Notes: generated by a model not told the origin, from the sequence alone. A stretch of 64,000 bases of DNA from an uncultured Candidatus Peribacteria bacterium (GCA_964624905.1 CAZUYK010000003.1:7923-71922); one strand, 5' to 3'. Shown: positions 1 to 8,424, counted from the stretch's first letter. Program-made: numbers and translations.

Positions 1-127
1 AATATTCAACGGAAAGCGCTTCTGCAATGCCATCACTTAAAGTGTCAGGATGGCCCAATCCCTTTCTTTCCACTACCTCCACAGGCAGGCTTTGGACACT
101 TGTCTGTTGAAAGGCGGAAACTTTCAT
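1..127 (-). CDS. S-adenosylmethionine synthetase, archaeal type (N-terminal fragment; gene runs off the left edge)
   Basis: Not in the ORF track (too short within the window). Minus-strand ATG at 127 gives [50 protein letters not shown]-x3-D is the N-terminal signature of archaeal-type MAT. It starts 5 nt after the stop of the cofE-like gene. Confidence 0.65.
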   Translation of the reverse strand, partial: MKVSAFQQTSVQSLPVEVVERKGLGHPDTLSDGIAEALSVEY

Positions 128-132
128 GGGTA

Positions 133-858
133 TCAGGAAATAATAACGGAAGAAATATCAGAATCCGTATCGCGCTCATATTGCATTCCTCTCACAACGA
201 TAATGGGCTGACCTTCATTCGCCTGACCCATGAGGATTGAAGCGGCAGAAGCAACCTGATCAACAACGTTTACGACAGAACCAGATGCATTTCCGTAGAA
301 ATCCTCCCCTTTCATTTTGGAAACACCAGAAATGCCGGAGAATCCAATCGCCTGACCTACTGCTCCTTGGCGGCTGGGATGCCCCAAACTATCGCTTATG
401 ATAACGGAGATGTGCTTCCCAAGTACGGATTCAATCTTTTCGCGAATGATTCTTGCACTCCTATCTGCATCCTCGGGCAACAATACGATCTTATTTCCAG
501 AATCGGAATCAAGGTTTGATTTGTCGACGCCTGCCGATGTACACACCATACCGTTACGTAGCTGCGTAACGATTACCTTGCCTTTTACTTCGAGAATTTT
601 TTCTGATTCATCGATAATGACTTGGCACAGCTTTGCATCGCGCCCTGTTTTTTGAGCAAGCTCCAGAGCATCCGAAGAAGGCACAACATTTCGCAGATCA
701 CAAATCCTACCCTCAGCCTTCGAAATAATTTTTTGGGCAATCACGATGATGTCCCTCTCTTCCAGGTCAGGCATGCGCTCCAGAATAATCTCGGCAATGT
801 CATCACCTTTATGTACACGAGGAACATCGGGAACTGCCAGAAGGGAAAGATTCTGCAT
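133..858 (-). CDS. CofE-like F420-0:gamma-glutamyl ligase family protein
   Basis: 241-aa ORF with full-length resemblance to the CofE/FbiB-N family ([34 protein letters not shown]). Confidence 0.75.
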   Translation of the reverse strand: MQNLSLLAVPDVPRVHKGDDIAEIILERMPDLEERDIIVIAQKIISKAEGRICDLRNVVPSSDALELAQKTGRDAKLCQVIIDESEKILEVKGKVIVTQLRNGMVCTSAGVDKSNLDSDSGNKIVLLPEDADRSARIIREKIESVLGKHISVIISDSLGHPSRQGAVGQAIGFSGISGVSKMKGEDFYGNASGSVVNVVDQVASAASILMGQANEGQPIIVVRGMQYERDTDSDISSVIIS

Positions 859-1130
859 ATAATGGAGGGAAAGAAGTGGATAATACTAGGAGAATGCCAG
901 AGGTATGACAAGTACTCCATACAAAGGTGTCTGCTTCCGCTTCCGCTCTGCCAGATTGGTTCTTCTCCTATTGGGGAAGTCATTCAACTATCCAAAGAAG
1001 CCTCTATTGCCTGTACTTCCTCCTTCCACTTCCTAAAGCTTCCTACGTAGATGATACGCAGTGGGATGGAATCGCAGGCATCCAACAGGGTTCGAGCCTC
1101 CAGGTTCTGGGGGGGCCATTTTGGCGTTTT

Positions 1131-1832
1131 TCATGATGGAGACGGATACAAAGAGGCGCAGCAACACTTTGCCAATATCCGCAATGAGTCATAGACCGTG
1201 ATCGGTAGCGGAAGGTCTTTCGCAAGAAGCGGCAGCTCCGTGCATCCGAGAATAACGGCTTCGCATCCTTGGGATACCAGACTCTCCACTACCGACGAAA
1301 GATGCACCCGTTCAGGCTCGCCTGCGCGGCCAGCAATGACTGAATGAATAGAGGAACCGAGCACTGCCTGTTCCGTCGCATCAGGGAGCAGTACGTCGAT
1401 GCCATACCCCCGCAACGGAGCAGTATATAAGTCGGAGCGCATCGTCGTGACGGACCCGAGAAGACCAACGCGTTTGCATCCATCCTTTCGCACCTCCGCG
1501 ACGACGGCGTCCACCATGGAGAGCAATGGCATTCCCGCGGCGCGCTCGTAGCGATCCGCATAGAGATGCATCGTGTTGCACGGCATTGCAAGGAGAGTCG
1601 CCCCCGCCTTAGAAAGACGCTCCGCTTCTTGTTCCACCATCCGCAAACCCTGCTCCCGTTCTTCTTGGGACGTCACGAGATCGGGCACCGGGATGCTGTC
1701 GATGAGAAGATGGGGGAAGTCCGCGTTTGAAACTGCGCCATGATCCTTGACACTGCATTCGATCAGCAACCGGTAGAAATGCTGGCTAGCCTGCGGACCC
1801 ATGCCGCCGAGAATTCCGAGGATCGGCTTCAT
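1131..1832 (-). CDS. Asp/Glu racemase family protein (aspartate racemase-like)
   Basis: 233 aa. It has LGGMGP at the N-terminus and two catalytic-Cys motifs (MPCNTMH and LGCTELP), typical of the Asp/Glu/hydantoin racemase family. Confidence 0.85.
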   Translation of the reverse strand: MKPILGILGGMGPQASQHFYRLLIECSVKDHGAVSNADFPHLLIDSIPVPDLVTSQEEREQGLRMVEQEAERLSKAGATLLAMPCNTMHLYADRYERAAGMPLLSMVDAVVAEVRKDGCKRVGLLGSVTTMRSDLYTAPLRGYGIDVLLPDATEQAVLGSSIHSVIAGRAGEPERVHLSSVVESLVSQGCEAVILGCTELPLLAKDLPLPITVYDSLRILAKCCCASLYPSPS

Positions 1833-2785
1833 CGTGCGTGGGGGTACAGAGAAGCGAGGACATCCGGCACAGCGCCATCGTCCCGCAGGGCAAGGAGATC
1901 TCGATGAATCGGGTCTTTGGATGAGGAGCGCAGCGCCATTCCGTATTCCTCGACGGACTGAGGGTCTCCGGGATACGCATAATAGGTGGGTCGCGATCCC
2001 AGCTGCGTCAACATCGGGAAGACACGCTTGCCGCTCAGGTCTGCCACCGCGGACGTGATCGCGAAAAACGGTTTTTCCGAGGCGCCCCCTATGGGCAACA
2101 GCGCTTCCGCGTTGTTTGGATGTTGTTTTCCCAAGGGGTACTGCGCGACCGCCCCGCTGTAAAGCACGTTCGCAGCGGCATATTGCTCATAACAATTCGA
2201 CTGAAGTGAATGGCGGCGTTCGCATTCTTGCAATTGTGACAACGCTTCTGCTATGCAATCGATCCGTGCCAGGCGTGATCGCATCACATCGATGATGGAT
2301 CCAAGATGTTCCCGCGTTTCCTCCGTATAGGCTTGGGTGAAATAAAAATGAACATGCCCGGCGATGCGTCCATGGAAGGTTTTCACATATCGCCGAAGAT
2401 ATGATTCCATTTTCGAGGCGCATTCCCGAGCCTTATCGACCGGATAACCGTTTGTCTGGGCGATAAAATCGGTCGCTTGATAGACGCGGTATTCAGGCGT
2501 AGGAAGACCTAGGGCAGTTAAGCGTTCCATAATCCGAAGGCCGGGAAGCAAAAGTGCTGGCAGGCGAAGAGGAATCCGAGAGGATGCATTCAGTCCGAAT
2601 CCTGTGGTCAGGACAAGATGCTTCGTCGACATGTTCTGGCGAGCGATATCACGCGCGATTTTTTCGACATGAACGGCATCCTGCGACCGAGCGGGGCGAA
2701 TATCGCCGATCATAGGCTCGTCATGCAAGCGGATCGCGCGATGGACAGAATTGTGCGTAGGAAAGACATTGGAAGAAGATTGCAT
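1829..2785 (-). CDS. hypothetical protein, weak class-Ic aaRS-like motif order (no HIGH/KMSKS)
   Basis: Long ORF 1829..2965 trimmed to the ATG at 2785 (MQSSSNVF), because the upstream part is Arg/Ser-rich junk crossing a terminator hairpin. It overlaps the racemase start by 4 nt. Coding-like composition; function unknown. Confidence 0.65.
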   Translation of the reverse strand: MQSSSNVFPTHNSVHRAIRLHDEPMIGDIRPARSQDAVHVEKIARDIARQNMSTKHLVLTTGFGLNASSRIPLRLPALLLPGLRIMERLTALGLPTPEYRVYQATDFIAQTNGYPVDKARECASKMESYLRRYVKTFHGRIAGHVHFYFTQAYTEETREHLGSIIDVMRSRLARIDCIAEALSQLQECERRHSLQSNCYEQYAAANVLYSGAVAQYPLGKQHPNNAEALLPIGGASEKPFFAITSAVADLSGKRVFPMLTQLGSRPTYYAYPGDPQSVEEYGMALRSSSKDPIHRDLLALRDDGAVPDVLASLYPHAR

Positions 2786-2806
2786 AGGTGAAAAGAAATG
2801 AATAAT

Positions 2807-2831
2807 AAAAACCCCTACCGTTCGGCAGGGG
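2807..2831 (-). promoter_or_regulatory. intrinsic-terminator hairpin inside a 5' leader (candidate attenuator or riboswitch expression platform)
   Basis: The minus-strand RNA reads CCCCUGCC-GAAC-GGUAGGGG followed by UUUUUAUUAUU. That is 8 bp including one G-U. On the plus strand the same position is an A-C mismatch and there is no U tract. It lies 22 nt upstream of the ATG at 2785, with no upstream minus-strand gene to terminate. Confidence 0.5.
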
Positions 2832-2952
2832 TCGAGACGCGTTTTCACGCATGACTCATCGCCAGCCGTACGGCGGTTGCTCGGGCTGCCGCCACCATGA
2901 ATTCCCGGTGTTTGCTTTGTACTGTTGCACCAGTACATCATTACATTTGAGG

Positions 2953-2981
2953 ATGACGAAGTCAAATGTATTTGCTATAAT
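2953..2981 (+). promoter_or_regulatory. sigma70-type promoter with extended -10 (ATGACG-17-TGcTATAAT), leaderless trpR-like gene
   Basis: TGcTATAAT at 2973-2981. The ATG at 2988 starts 6 nt after the hexamer. Confidence 0.5.
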
Positions 2982-2987
2982 GTCCTC

Positions 2988-3263
2988 ATGGCCATCAACA
3001 AAGCTTATAAAGAGCTCTTGGAACTCTTGTCATCAAAGAAATCGCCCACCGAATGGGACGCGTTGCTGCAGGACCTGCTCACGCCGCAGGAATTGGAATC
3101 GCTGATCGAACGTTGGCAGATCATCCAGCTACTTCATAAGGGTGTTCCCCAAAGGGTAATCGCGGAAAATTTGGGCGTCAGCATCAGTAAAATTACCCGG
3201 GGATCCAGGGTTTTATTAAACGGAAAGGGCGGATTCCGTATTGCCCTTGGAAAATTAAAATGA
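2988..3263 (+). CDS. TrpR-like YerC/YecD family protein
   Basis: MAINKAYKELLELL...LLTPQELESLIERWQIIQLL..GVPQRVIAENLGVSISKITRGSR is the YerC/YecD TrpR-like fold signature. The start is set at the ATG at 2988. Confidence 0.85.
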   Translation: MAINKAYKELLELLSSKKSPTEWDALLQDLLTPQELESLIERWQIIQLLHKGVPQRVIAENLGVSISKITRGSRVLLNGKGGFRIALGKLK

Positions 3264-3322
3264 AGTCACGGCTCGTTCGAACAGCCTGAACCACGTCGAG
3301 CCAATTTGTAAACCCATCATCC

Positions 3323-3694
3323 TTACGCCAATTTTTTCACAAATTCGCAGCGCAGCACGATCGCGGTCCCCCCTATTTTGCAATCGATCTCGTCGACATT
3401 GTCCGTCAACCTGATATTGGATGCCTTGGTACCGACCTTCAATACGACGGATGATCCTTTCAGCTTCAAATCCTTGATGAGTGCCACCGTATCTCCGTCA
3501 TGTAGCGCGGTCCCGTTGCTATCCTTCGGAATATCCCCGGAGATCTCCTCCTCCGCGGCAGGCTTTCCATGTCGTCCGTCCGTGCATGTACACTCTTCCA
3601 TCATTTCCCACTGGGCCGAACATCCCTGTGTTTCGCAGATTCCCATCTCCGAAAGGGAATCCCCGCAGTTGCCTTTGCATGCGTAATGAGCCAT
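3323..3694 (-). CDS. phnA: PhnA/YjdM family protein with Cys-rich N-terminus
   Basis: C-terminal DSNGTALHDGDTVALIKDLKLKGSSVVLKVGTKASNIRLTD..IDCKIGG..IVLRCEFVKK matches the PhnA C-terminal domain. The N-terminus has 8 Cys. Confidence 0.85.
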   Translation of the reverse strand: MAHYACKGNCGDSLSEMGICETQGCSAQWEMMEECTCTDGRHGKPAAEEEISGDIPKDSNGTALHDGDTVALIKDLKLKGSSVVLKVGTKASNIRLTDNVDEIDCKIGGTAIVLRCEFVKKLA

Positions 3695-3733
3695 ACGAGA
3701 CGATGGTACTTCAAATGCATCCGCTTCGCATCC

Positions 3734-4642
3734 TTACTTTCCCTCCGCCGCCTCCAGCAATTTCGCAAGGTCGAACTTCTTCATTTGCAAAAATTCCTTG
3801 GTGACGCGATCGATTTTCGCCTGATCCCCGCTGTTCATCATCTCGTCCATGGCCACGGGCGTTATCTGCCAACTGACGCCGAACTTGTCCTTCAACCATC
3901 CGCACTGTTCGGCCTCGGGCACGGCCGAGAGCTTTTCCCAGTAGTAGTCGATCTCCGCCTGGTCCTCGCACTTCACCAGGAACGAAAAGGCTTCGTTGAA
4001 CGCGAAGTCGTGTTTTCCGCCTCCGTCCATGGCCGCGAACCACTGGTTCTCCAGCTGAAAATCACCGAACATCAGGGTCCCTTCCTTGTTCGGCTCCATG
4101 CCCGCGGGATACCTGGTCACGCTTCCCTTGCGCGCATCCTTGAAAACGGACAGGTAGAAATCCAACGCGGCCTCGGCCTTACCGTACGACTCGTTGACGA
4201 AGAGCATGGAGGGAATGATGAACGGACGGGGCTCCCCTGCCGGATTGGTCAGTATGAGCTGCCATGTGAGGCCGAACTTATCTTTGATCCATCCGTACCG
4301 TTCGCTGAACGGGTATGTGTCCAGCGGCATGAGCGCTTCGCCCCCGTCGGACAACGCGGACCACAATGCATCGAGATGCTCGCGGGCCTGGGGATCCTGC
4401 GACGGATCGAAATTCACCATGAAGGAAATGGCCGGGTTCAATTTGAAAGCGGGCCCCGCGCTGATCGACATGATGGAGAATCCGCAAAGCTCGAAAGACA
4501 TGATGTCGCAATCACCCGAAGGCGTGTCCTTCAGGACCTTGGCGCTTTTAATCCTCGATCCGTTGCCGAACGCCTTCACGTAAAATTCAGCCGCTTCCTT
4601 CGCCTCTTTGTCGAACCAAAGATGTGGGATGATTTTTTGCAT
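3734..4642 (-). CDS. VOC-superfamily protein, tandem 3-demethylubiquinone-9 3-methyltransferase-like (PhnB-like) domains
   Basis: 302 aa. MQKIIPHLWFDKEAKEAAEFYVKAF and the repeated WGWLKDKFG[LV][ST]WQ motif occur twice, indicating a duplicated domain. Confidence 0.85.
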   Translation of the reverse strand: MQKIIPHLWFDKEAKEAAEFYVKAFGNGSRIKSAKVLKDTPSGDCDIMSFELCGFSIMSISAGPAFKLNPAISFMVNFDPSQDPQAREHLDALWSALSDGGEALMPLDTYPFSERYGWIKDKFGLTWQLILTNPAGEPRPFIIPSMLFVNESYGKAEAALDFYLSVFKDARKGSVTRYPAGMEPNKEGTLMFGDFQLENQWFAAMDGGGKHDFAFNEAFSFLVKCEDQAEIDYYWEKLSAVPEAEQCGWLKDKFGVSWQITPVAMDEMMNSGDQAKIDRVTKEFLQMKKFDLAKLLEAAEGK

Positions 4643-4648
4643 GCAATA

Positions 4649-4657
4649 ATTCTATCA
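4649..4657 (-). promoter_or_regulatory. extended -10 element TGaTAGAAT, 6 nt before the ATG at 4642 (leaderless)
   Basis: The reverse complement of 4643-4657 is TGATAGAAT-TATTGC followed by ATG. Confidence 0.45.
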
Positions 4658-4685
4658 CCTGTAAGAGAAAAACCGAGCGCTTGGT

Positions 4686-5312
4686 TCACTTTTTTCGCTG
4701 AGACCGGAAATACCAGTAGATCAGGACGCTCAGGACGGCAGAGAAGAAGCACCACACCGACACGAAGTTCGCCTGGAAGAAACGGTACGACACGATCGCG
4801 GCCAGGAACGTAAAGACGCCGAACATATTGACGAAGCGCCTGCTGGAAACCAAGCAACTCGCGCAGGTCGCGACCGAATACGGGGAGAGCACGAATGTTT
4901 GGTGGAAATATTTTCCTTGGTACGCAATGCAGTTATTGACGATCGCAGGCACAACGGAATCCGTGAGCAGGTAATACAAGAAATAGAAACCGACGACCAC
5001 GCCCGTGAGTACGAACGGAACGAGGATGATCCTGCGCCACTGCACCGCTTCCATACGCCACACGGCGAGCGGGATGAAGATAGGCCACAGAACGTGCGAA
5101 AACAGAAGGTATGCGAACGTGGCTACGGACTGTACTGCCGGGAATGCGAATGTGAGCCAGACCACGCCCTCGGTAAGCTGCTGCGCGCCAAACAGGAACG
5201 GAATGGATGCGAAGGGAATGTCGCGGCGGACCTTCGCCTGGCGGACGGACGCAACGCCCGCCGTACCCAGGAAGGCGGCGGCTGCGAAACTTGCTGTCGG
5301 TGAAAAGCACAT
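4686..5312 (-). CDS. multi-pass membrane protein (DUF6629-like, from memory)
   Basis: The ORF has about 6 hydrophobic helices. The start is trimmed to MCFSPTASF; the exact start is uncertain. Confidence 0.6.
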   Translation of the reverse strand: MCFSPTASFAAAAFLGTAGVASVRQAKVRRDIPFASIPFLFGAQQLTEGVVWLTFAFPAVQSVATFAYLLFSHVLWPIFIPLAVWRMEAVQWRRIILVPFVLTGVVVGFYFLYYLLTDSVVPAIVNNCIAYQGKYFHQTFVLSPYSVATCASCLVSSRRFVNMFGVFTFLAAIVSYRFFQANFVSVWCFFSAVLSVLIYWYFRSQRKK

Positions 5313-5416
5313 GGTACGAAGGGGAGGCATCAACGATACGCCTGAATGCAAATCATGGAAGAGGAAAGCCGGGTTGCGCTTCATACGTTCCCATCGAAGA
5401 AGTGTATGCTTCACGC

Positions 5417-5971
5417 ATGCTGGAAGCGATTCTCTTGCTCATCATCCTGGCACTCACGTCCTATTTCCCCCAGAACGCGCCTGTGCTTTTGCTCACGATG
5501 ATCTGCACCGTGCTCCTGTGCCTGCAATTCATCCGGGTGATACGGCACAAGTCCCCGCCGTTCATTCCCACGAAGCATGCGGACGTGGAGACCATGATCC
5601 GCCTGGCGGAAATCAGTCCGGGGGAGACGGTATGGGACCTGGGATGCGGCGACGGCCGGATCGTGAGGGCCGCGGCGAGAAAAGGAGCGGTTTCGACGGG
5701 TTTTGAAATATCCTATCCAACCTATCTGTTAGCCAAAATACTCTCTATTAGAACAAAAAATGTATTCATACGGTACGGCAATTTTTGGACGCTGGATTTT
5801 GGGCAGCCGGACGTACTCTTCTGTTTCTTGCTCACGAAAACCATGGGCCGTTTCCAGGAAGAAATCTGGCCGCGCCTGAAACCCGGAACCAGGGTCGTAT
5901 CGTACCTATTCCGCATGCCGGATATCCCCGTGACCCGGCAAGAAGGGGAAATCTACCTGTACGTGAAGTGA
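5417..5971 (+). CDS. class I SAM-dependent methyltransferase with N-terminal TM anchor
   Basis: Start at the ATG at 5417 (MLEAILLLIILAL). Motif I is VWDLGCGDGR. The upstream part of ORF 5207.. overlaps the divergent gene. Confidence 0.8.
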   Translation: MLEAILLLIILALTSYFPQNAPVLLLTMICTVLLCLQFIRVIRHKSPPFIPTKHADVETMIRLAEISPGETVWDLGCGDGRIVRAAARKGAVSTGFEISYPTYLLAKILSIRTKNVFIRYGNFWTLDFGQPDVLFCFLLTKTMGRFQEEIWPRLKPGTRVVSYLFRMPDIPVTRQEGEIYLYVK

Positions 5972-5974
5972 GGA

Positions 5975-8269
5975 TCAGTACCGCCGGGAGAGGATGGTCT
6001 TGCGTGCCCTGCCGATGACGGCGGGATTCGGCGTGGCGATTTTGCGATCGGGATTGGCGTTGGGATGTTGCGTGTAATACGGGGCGCGCGTTCCGGAGAA
6101 CGCGACGGCCGATCCCTTTCCCAACGCGCTGGCATGCGCGGCCATGAGCATGTCCTTCCATAGCGGGACCGCCGCATTGAGTCCGTCGGCGTTCGCGGCG
6201 AGCGGCGTCCCATCGACGTTTCCCATCCATACCCCTACGATGAACTTCGGCGTGTACCCCATGGCCCACACGTCGCGCGGGAGCATCTTCGTGCACGTCT
6301 TGCTGGCGTCGCGCTCCATGCAGACGTTGCTAGTTCCCGTCTTCACCGCTTCGTCAATGCCGGGAACATCGGTGATGCTGCGCCAGAATCCCGCCGGCCT
6401 GCTGCGCGATTCACTGAGCATGGAGGTCATCGTGTCCGCGATGGCCGCGGGTATCACCTGCTCCCCTTTCGTATCGCGTTTCAGGTAATCGTTGCCGTCG
6501 ATATCCGTCACGGATTTGATACCCGTCAGCGGCTTGTAGACGCCGCTATTCGCGAAGGTGCCGTACGCCTGGACCATTTCGACGAGCGGCACTTCTGCCG
6601 CGCCGATCGCGAGCGGCCAGCTGTAGTAGAAGTCGTTTCCGGCCTGGCGCAGCGCGGACTTATGCATGTAGGGCGTCGGGGCCCCTATGTCGGCGGCAAG
6701 CTCCAGGATCTTCTCCTCCCCCACTTCCGTAAACGCGCGTATGGCTGGGATGTTGCGGGATCTGTTGAGCGCGTTCATCACCGTCAATACCCCCTGGAAA
6801 TCACCGGCGTAATTGCGCGGACGGATGCCCCCGATCTCCAGCGGCGTATCCAGGACGGGCGTGTACGGCTTCCACCCGGCATATGCCATGGTCGTCGCAT
6901 ACACGATGGGCTTGAAACTGGAACCGGGCTGCCTGGGCATCACGGCCATGTCGATCATCGCACCGCTTCCGCCGCCAAAGTAATTCGCGTTCCCCACGTA
7001 CGCCAGGATCTCGCGCGTTTCGGAATCCGCGAGCACCATTGCCACGCCCTTCGCGCCGTACTTCGCCGCGATTCGCTGCGCGTGGGTGTTCACCAACTGC
7101 TCCGCCATGCGTTGCAGCTCGATATCGATCGTCGTGCGGACGGTAAGCTGCTTGCTGACGGCCTTTTCCTCCAACTCTTCCTCCAGCTTGTCGATCATGC
7201 CCAGCACGTAATGCGGCGCGTCGATCTTGCGGATGTTCGGGCGGAAACGCAGGGAAAACACGTTGTTGTCCGCCTTTCTTTTGGTCGCGTTATCGATGTA
7301 GCCCTGCTCGCGCATGGCCGTAAGCACTTGGTTGGCGCGTCCGCCAAGAACCAGCGCACCGCTGTGTCCCGGCAGTACCGCCGACGTTCCCGTCAGGCCG
7401 ATGACTATTTGTTTTTCGAGCCCGCGGTAATTTTCCAACGTGGCGCCGGATGCGATCATCGCGCGCCCGATCTGGGTGACCTGCGTGTACCGGTGGTCCC
7501 CGTACGGACTGAAGTACGACGGCCTCTGCGGAAGGGACGCCAATACCGCCGCCTCCGCGACAGAAAGGTTCTTCACGTCCTTGCCGAAGAAATGCTTACT
7601 CGCCTGTTGCACGCCAGCGACACCGCTGCCGAACGGGATCCAGTTGAGGTAATGAAGGAGGATATCTTCCTTGGACATGATCTGCTCCAGCTGGCACGCG
7701 AGGAGGATCTCTTTCGCCTTGCGCGAGAATTTCTTCTCGCGATTGAGCAACGCGGTGCGCACGAGTTGCTGGGTGATGGTAGACGCCCCCTGGGACTTGT
7801 AGGACGAAACGTTCGCCAGCAACGCGCGACCCATCGCGCGCGGATCCACGCATCCGCGCTCCCAATAACGCTGGTCCTCGATGGCGATGAACGCGTTGCG
7901 CACGTGCATCGGGATTTCCTCCATGGGCACCCATACGCGGTCCTCCTCCCCGTAAGCGACGTACATGTCCTTTCCGTTCCTATCCTGCACCGCGATGCTA
8001 TGGGGAGGATTCCATACCGAAGGATCTCGAACATCGGGAAGGCTGATGAAAAAAGCCAGGAATGCCGCCGACAACACGTAACTAGCCGCCATCATCGGAT
8101 ATGCCGCGACGGGGGCGAGACCGGACGGGCGCATGCTCGCGGATACGTCGGCGAACGTCTTTCGCACGTCGGCGTTCGCGAAAGAACGCAACTGTTCCAA
8201 TCTTCCCAGGGATCGCTCACTGATCTGCGCGTACATGACTCGCCACTGTTGGATGAACAGAAGTCGCAT
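5975..8269 (-). CDS. penicillin-binding protein 1A family (GT51 transglycosylase + transpeptidase)
   Basis: 764 aa with N-terminal TM, GT51 motifs (IAIEDQRYWERG, GASTITQQLVR) and transpeptidase motifs (PGSSFKP, KTGTS). Confidence 0.92.
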   Translation of the reverse strand: MRLLFIQQWRVMYAQISERSLGRLEQLRSFANADVRKTFADVSASMRPSGLAPVAAYPMMAASYVLSAAFLAFFISLPDVRDPSVWNPPHSIAVQDRNGKDMYVAYGEEDRVWVPMEEIPMHVRNAFIAIEDQRYWERGCVDPRAMGRALLANVSSYKSQGASTITQQLVRTALLNREKKFSRKAKEILLACQLEQIMSKEDILLHYLNWIPFGSGVAGVQQASKHFFGKDVKNLSVAEAAVLASLPQRPSYFSPYGDHRYTQVTQIGRAMIASGATLENYRGLEKQIVIGLTGTSAVLPGHSGALVLGGRANQVLTAMREQGYIDNATKRKADNNVFSLRFRPNIRKIDAPHYVLGMIDKLEEELEEKAVSKQLTVRTTIDIELQRMAEQLVNTHAQRIAAKYGAKGVAMVLADSETREILAYVGNANYFGGGSGAMIDMAVMPRQPGSSFKPIVYATTMAYAGWKPYTPVLDTPLEIGGIRPRNYAGDFQGVLTVMNALNRSRNIPAIRAFTEVGEEKILELAADIGAPTPYMHKSALRQAGNDFYYSWPLAIGAAEVPLVEMVQAYGTFANSGVYKPLTGIKSVTDIDGNDYLKRDTKGEQVIPAAIADTMTSMLSESRSRPAGFWRSITDVPGIDEAVKTGTSNVCMERDASKTCTKMLPRDVWAMGYTPKFIVGVWMGNVDGTPLAANADGLNAAVPLWKDMLMAAHASALGKGSAVAFSGTRAPYYTQHPNANPDRKIATPNPAVIGRARKTILSRRY

Positions 8270-8388
8270 GTTGATCAGAGGACGGTAAACGATCCATGTT
8301 ATGACACGTCACCCCCAAAAAACCGCTACCGAAAGAGCGGGAATGATGCACGGTGGAAATATTTTCATGATTTGAAATGGACACGCCG

Positions 8389-8424
8389 AAAAAAATCCGC
8401 ACCGCGCAGAAGACGGCGCGGCGA
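8389..8424 (-). terminator. rho-independent terminator after 8439..9029
   Basis: The minus strand carries a GC-rich stem (CGCCGCGCC...GCGCGGTGCGG) followed by a T7 run. Confidence 0.6.

Noticed and set aside
1075-1115. T-loop-like GGTTCGAGCC followed by ...GGGGGCCA, which suggested a tRNA or tmRNA 3' end.
   Set aside because: The flanking bases cannot form a 5-bp T stem (only 3 of 5 pairs). The distance to CCA is wrong, and no acceptor, D or anticodon arms can be drawn upstream.
2832-2952. Possible SAM-I/IV riboswitch (GCCCGAGCAACC) or T-box (GGUGG) identity for the leader.
   Set aside because: Only a few nucleotides match the conserved cores. The leader is too short for a T-box, and the kink-turn/P2-P4 elements of SAM-I are not discernible. 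It is kept only as an unclassified attenuator candidate.
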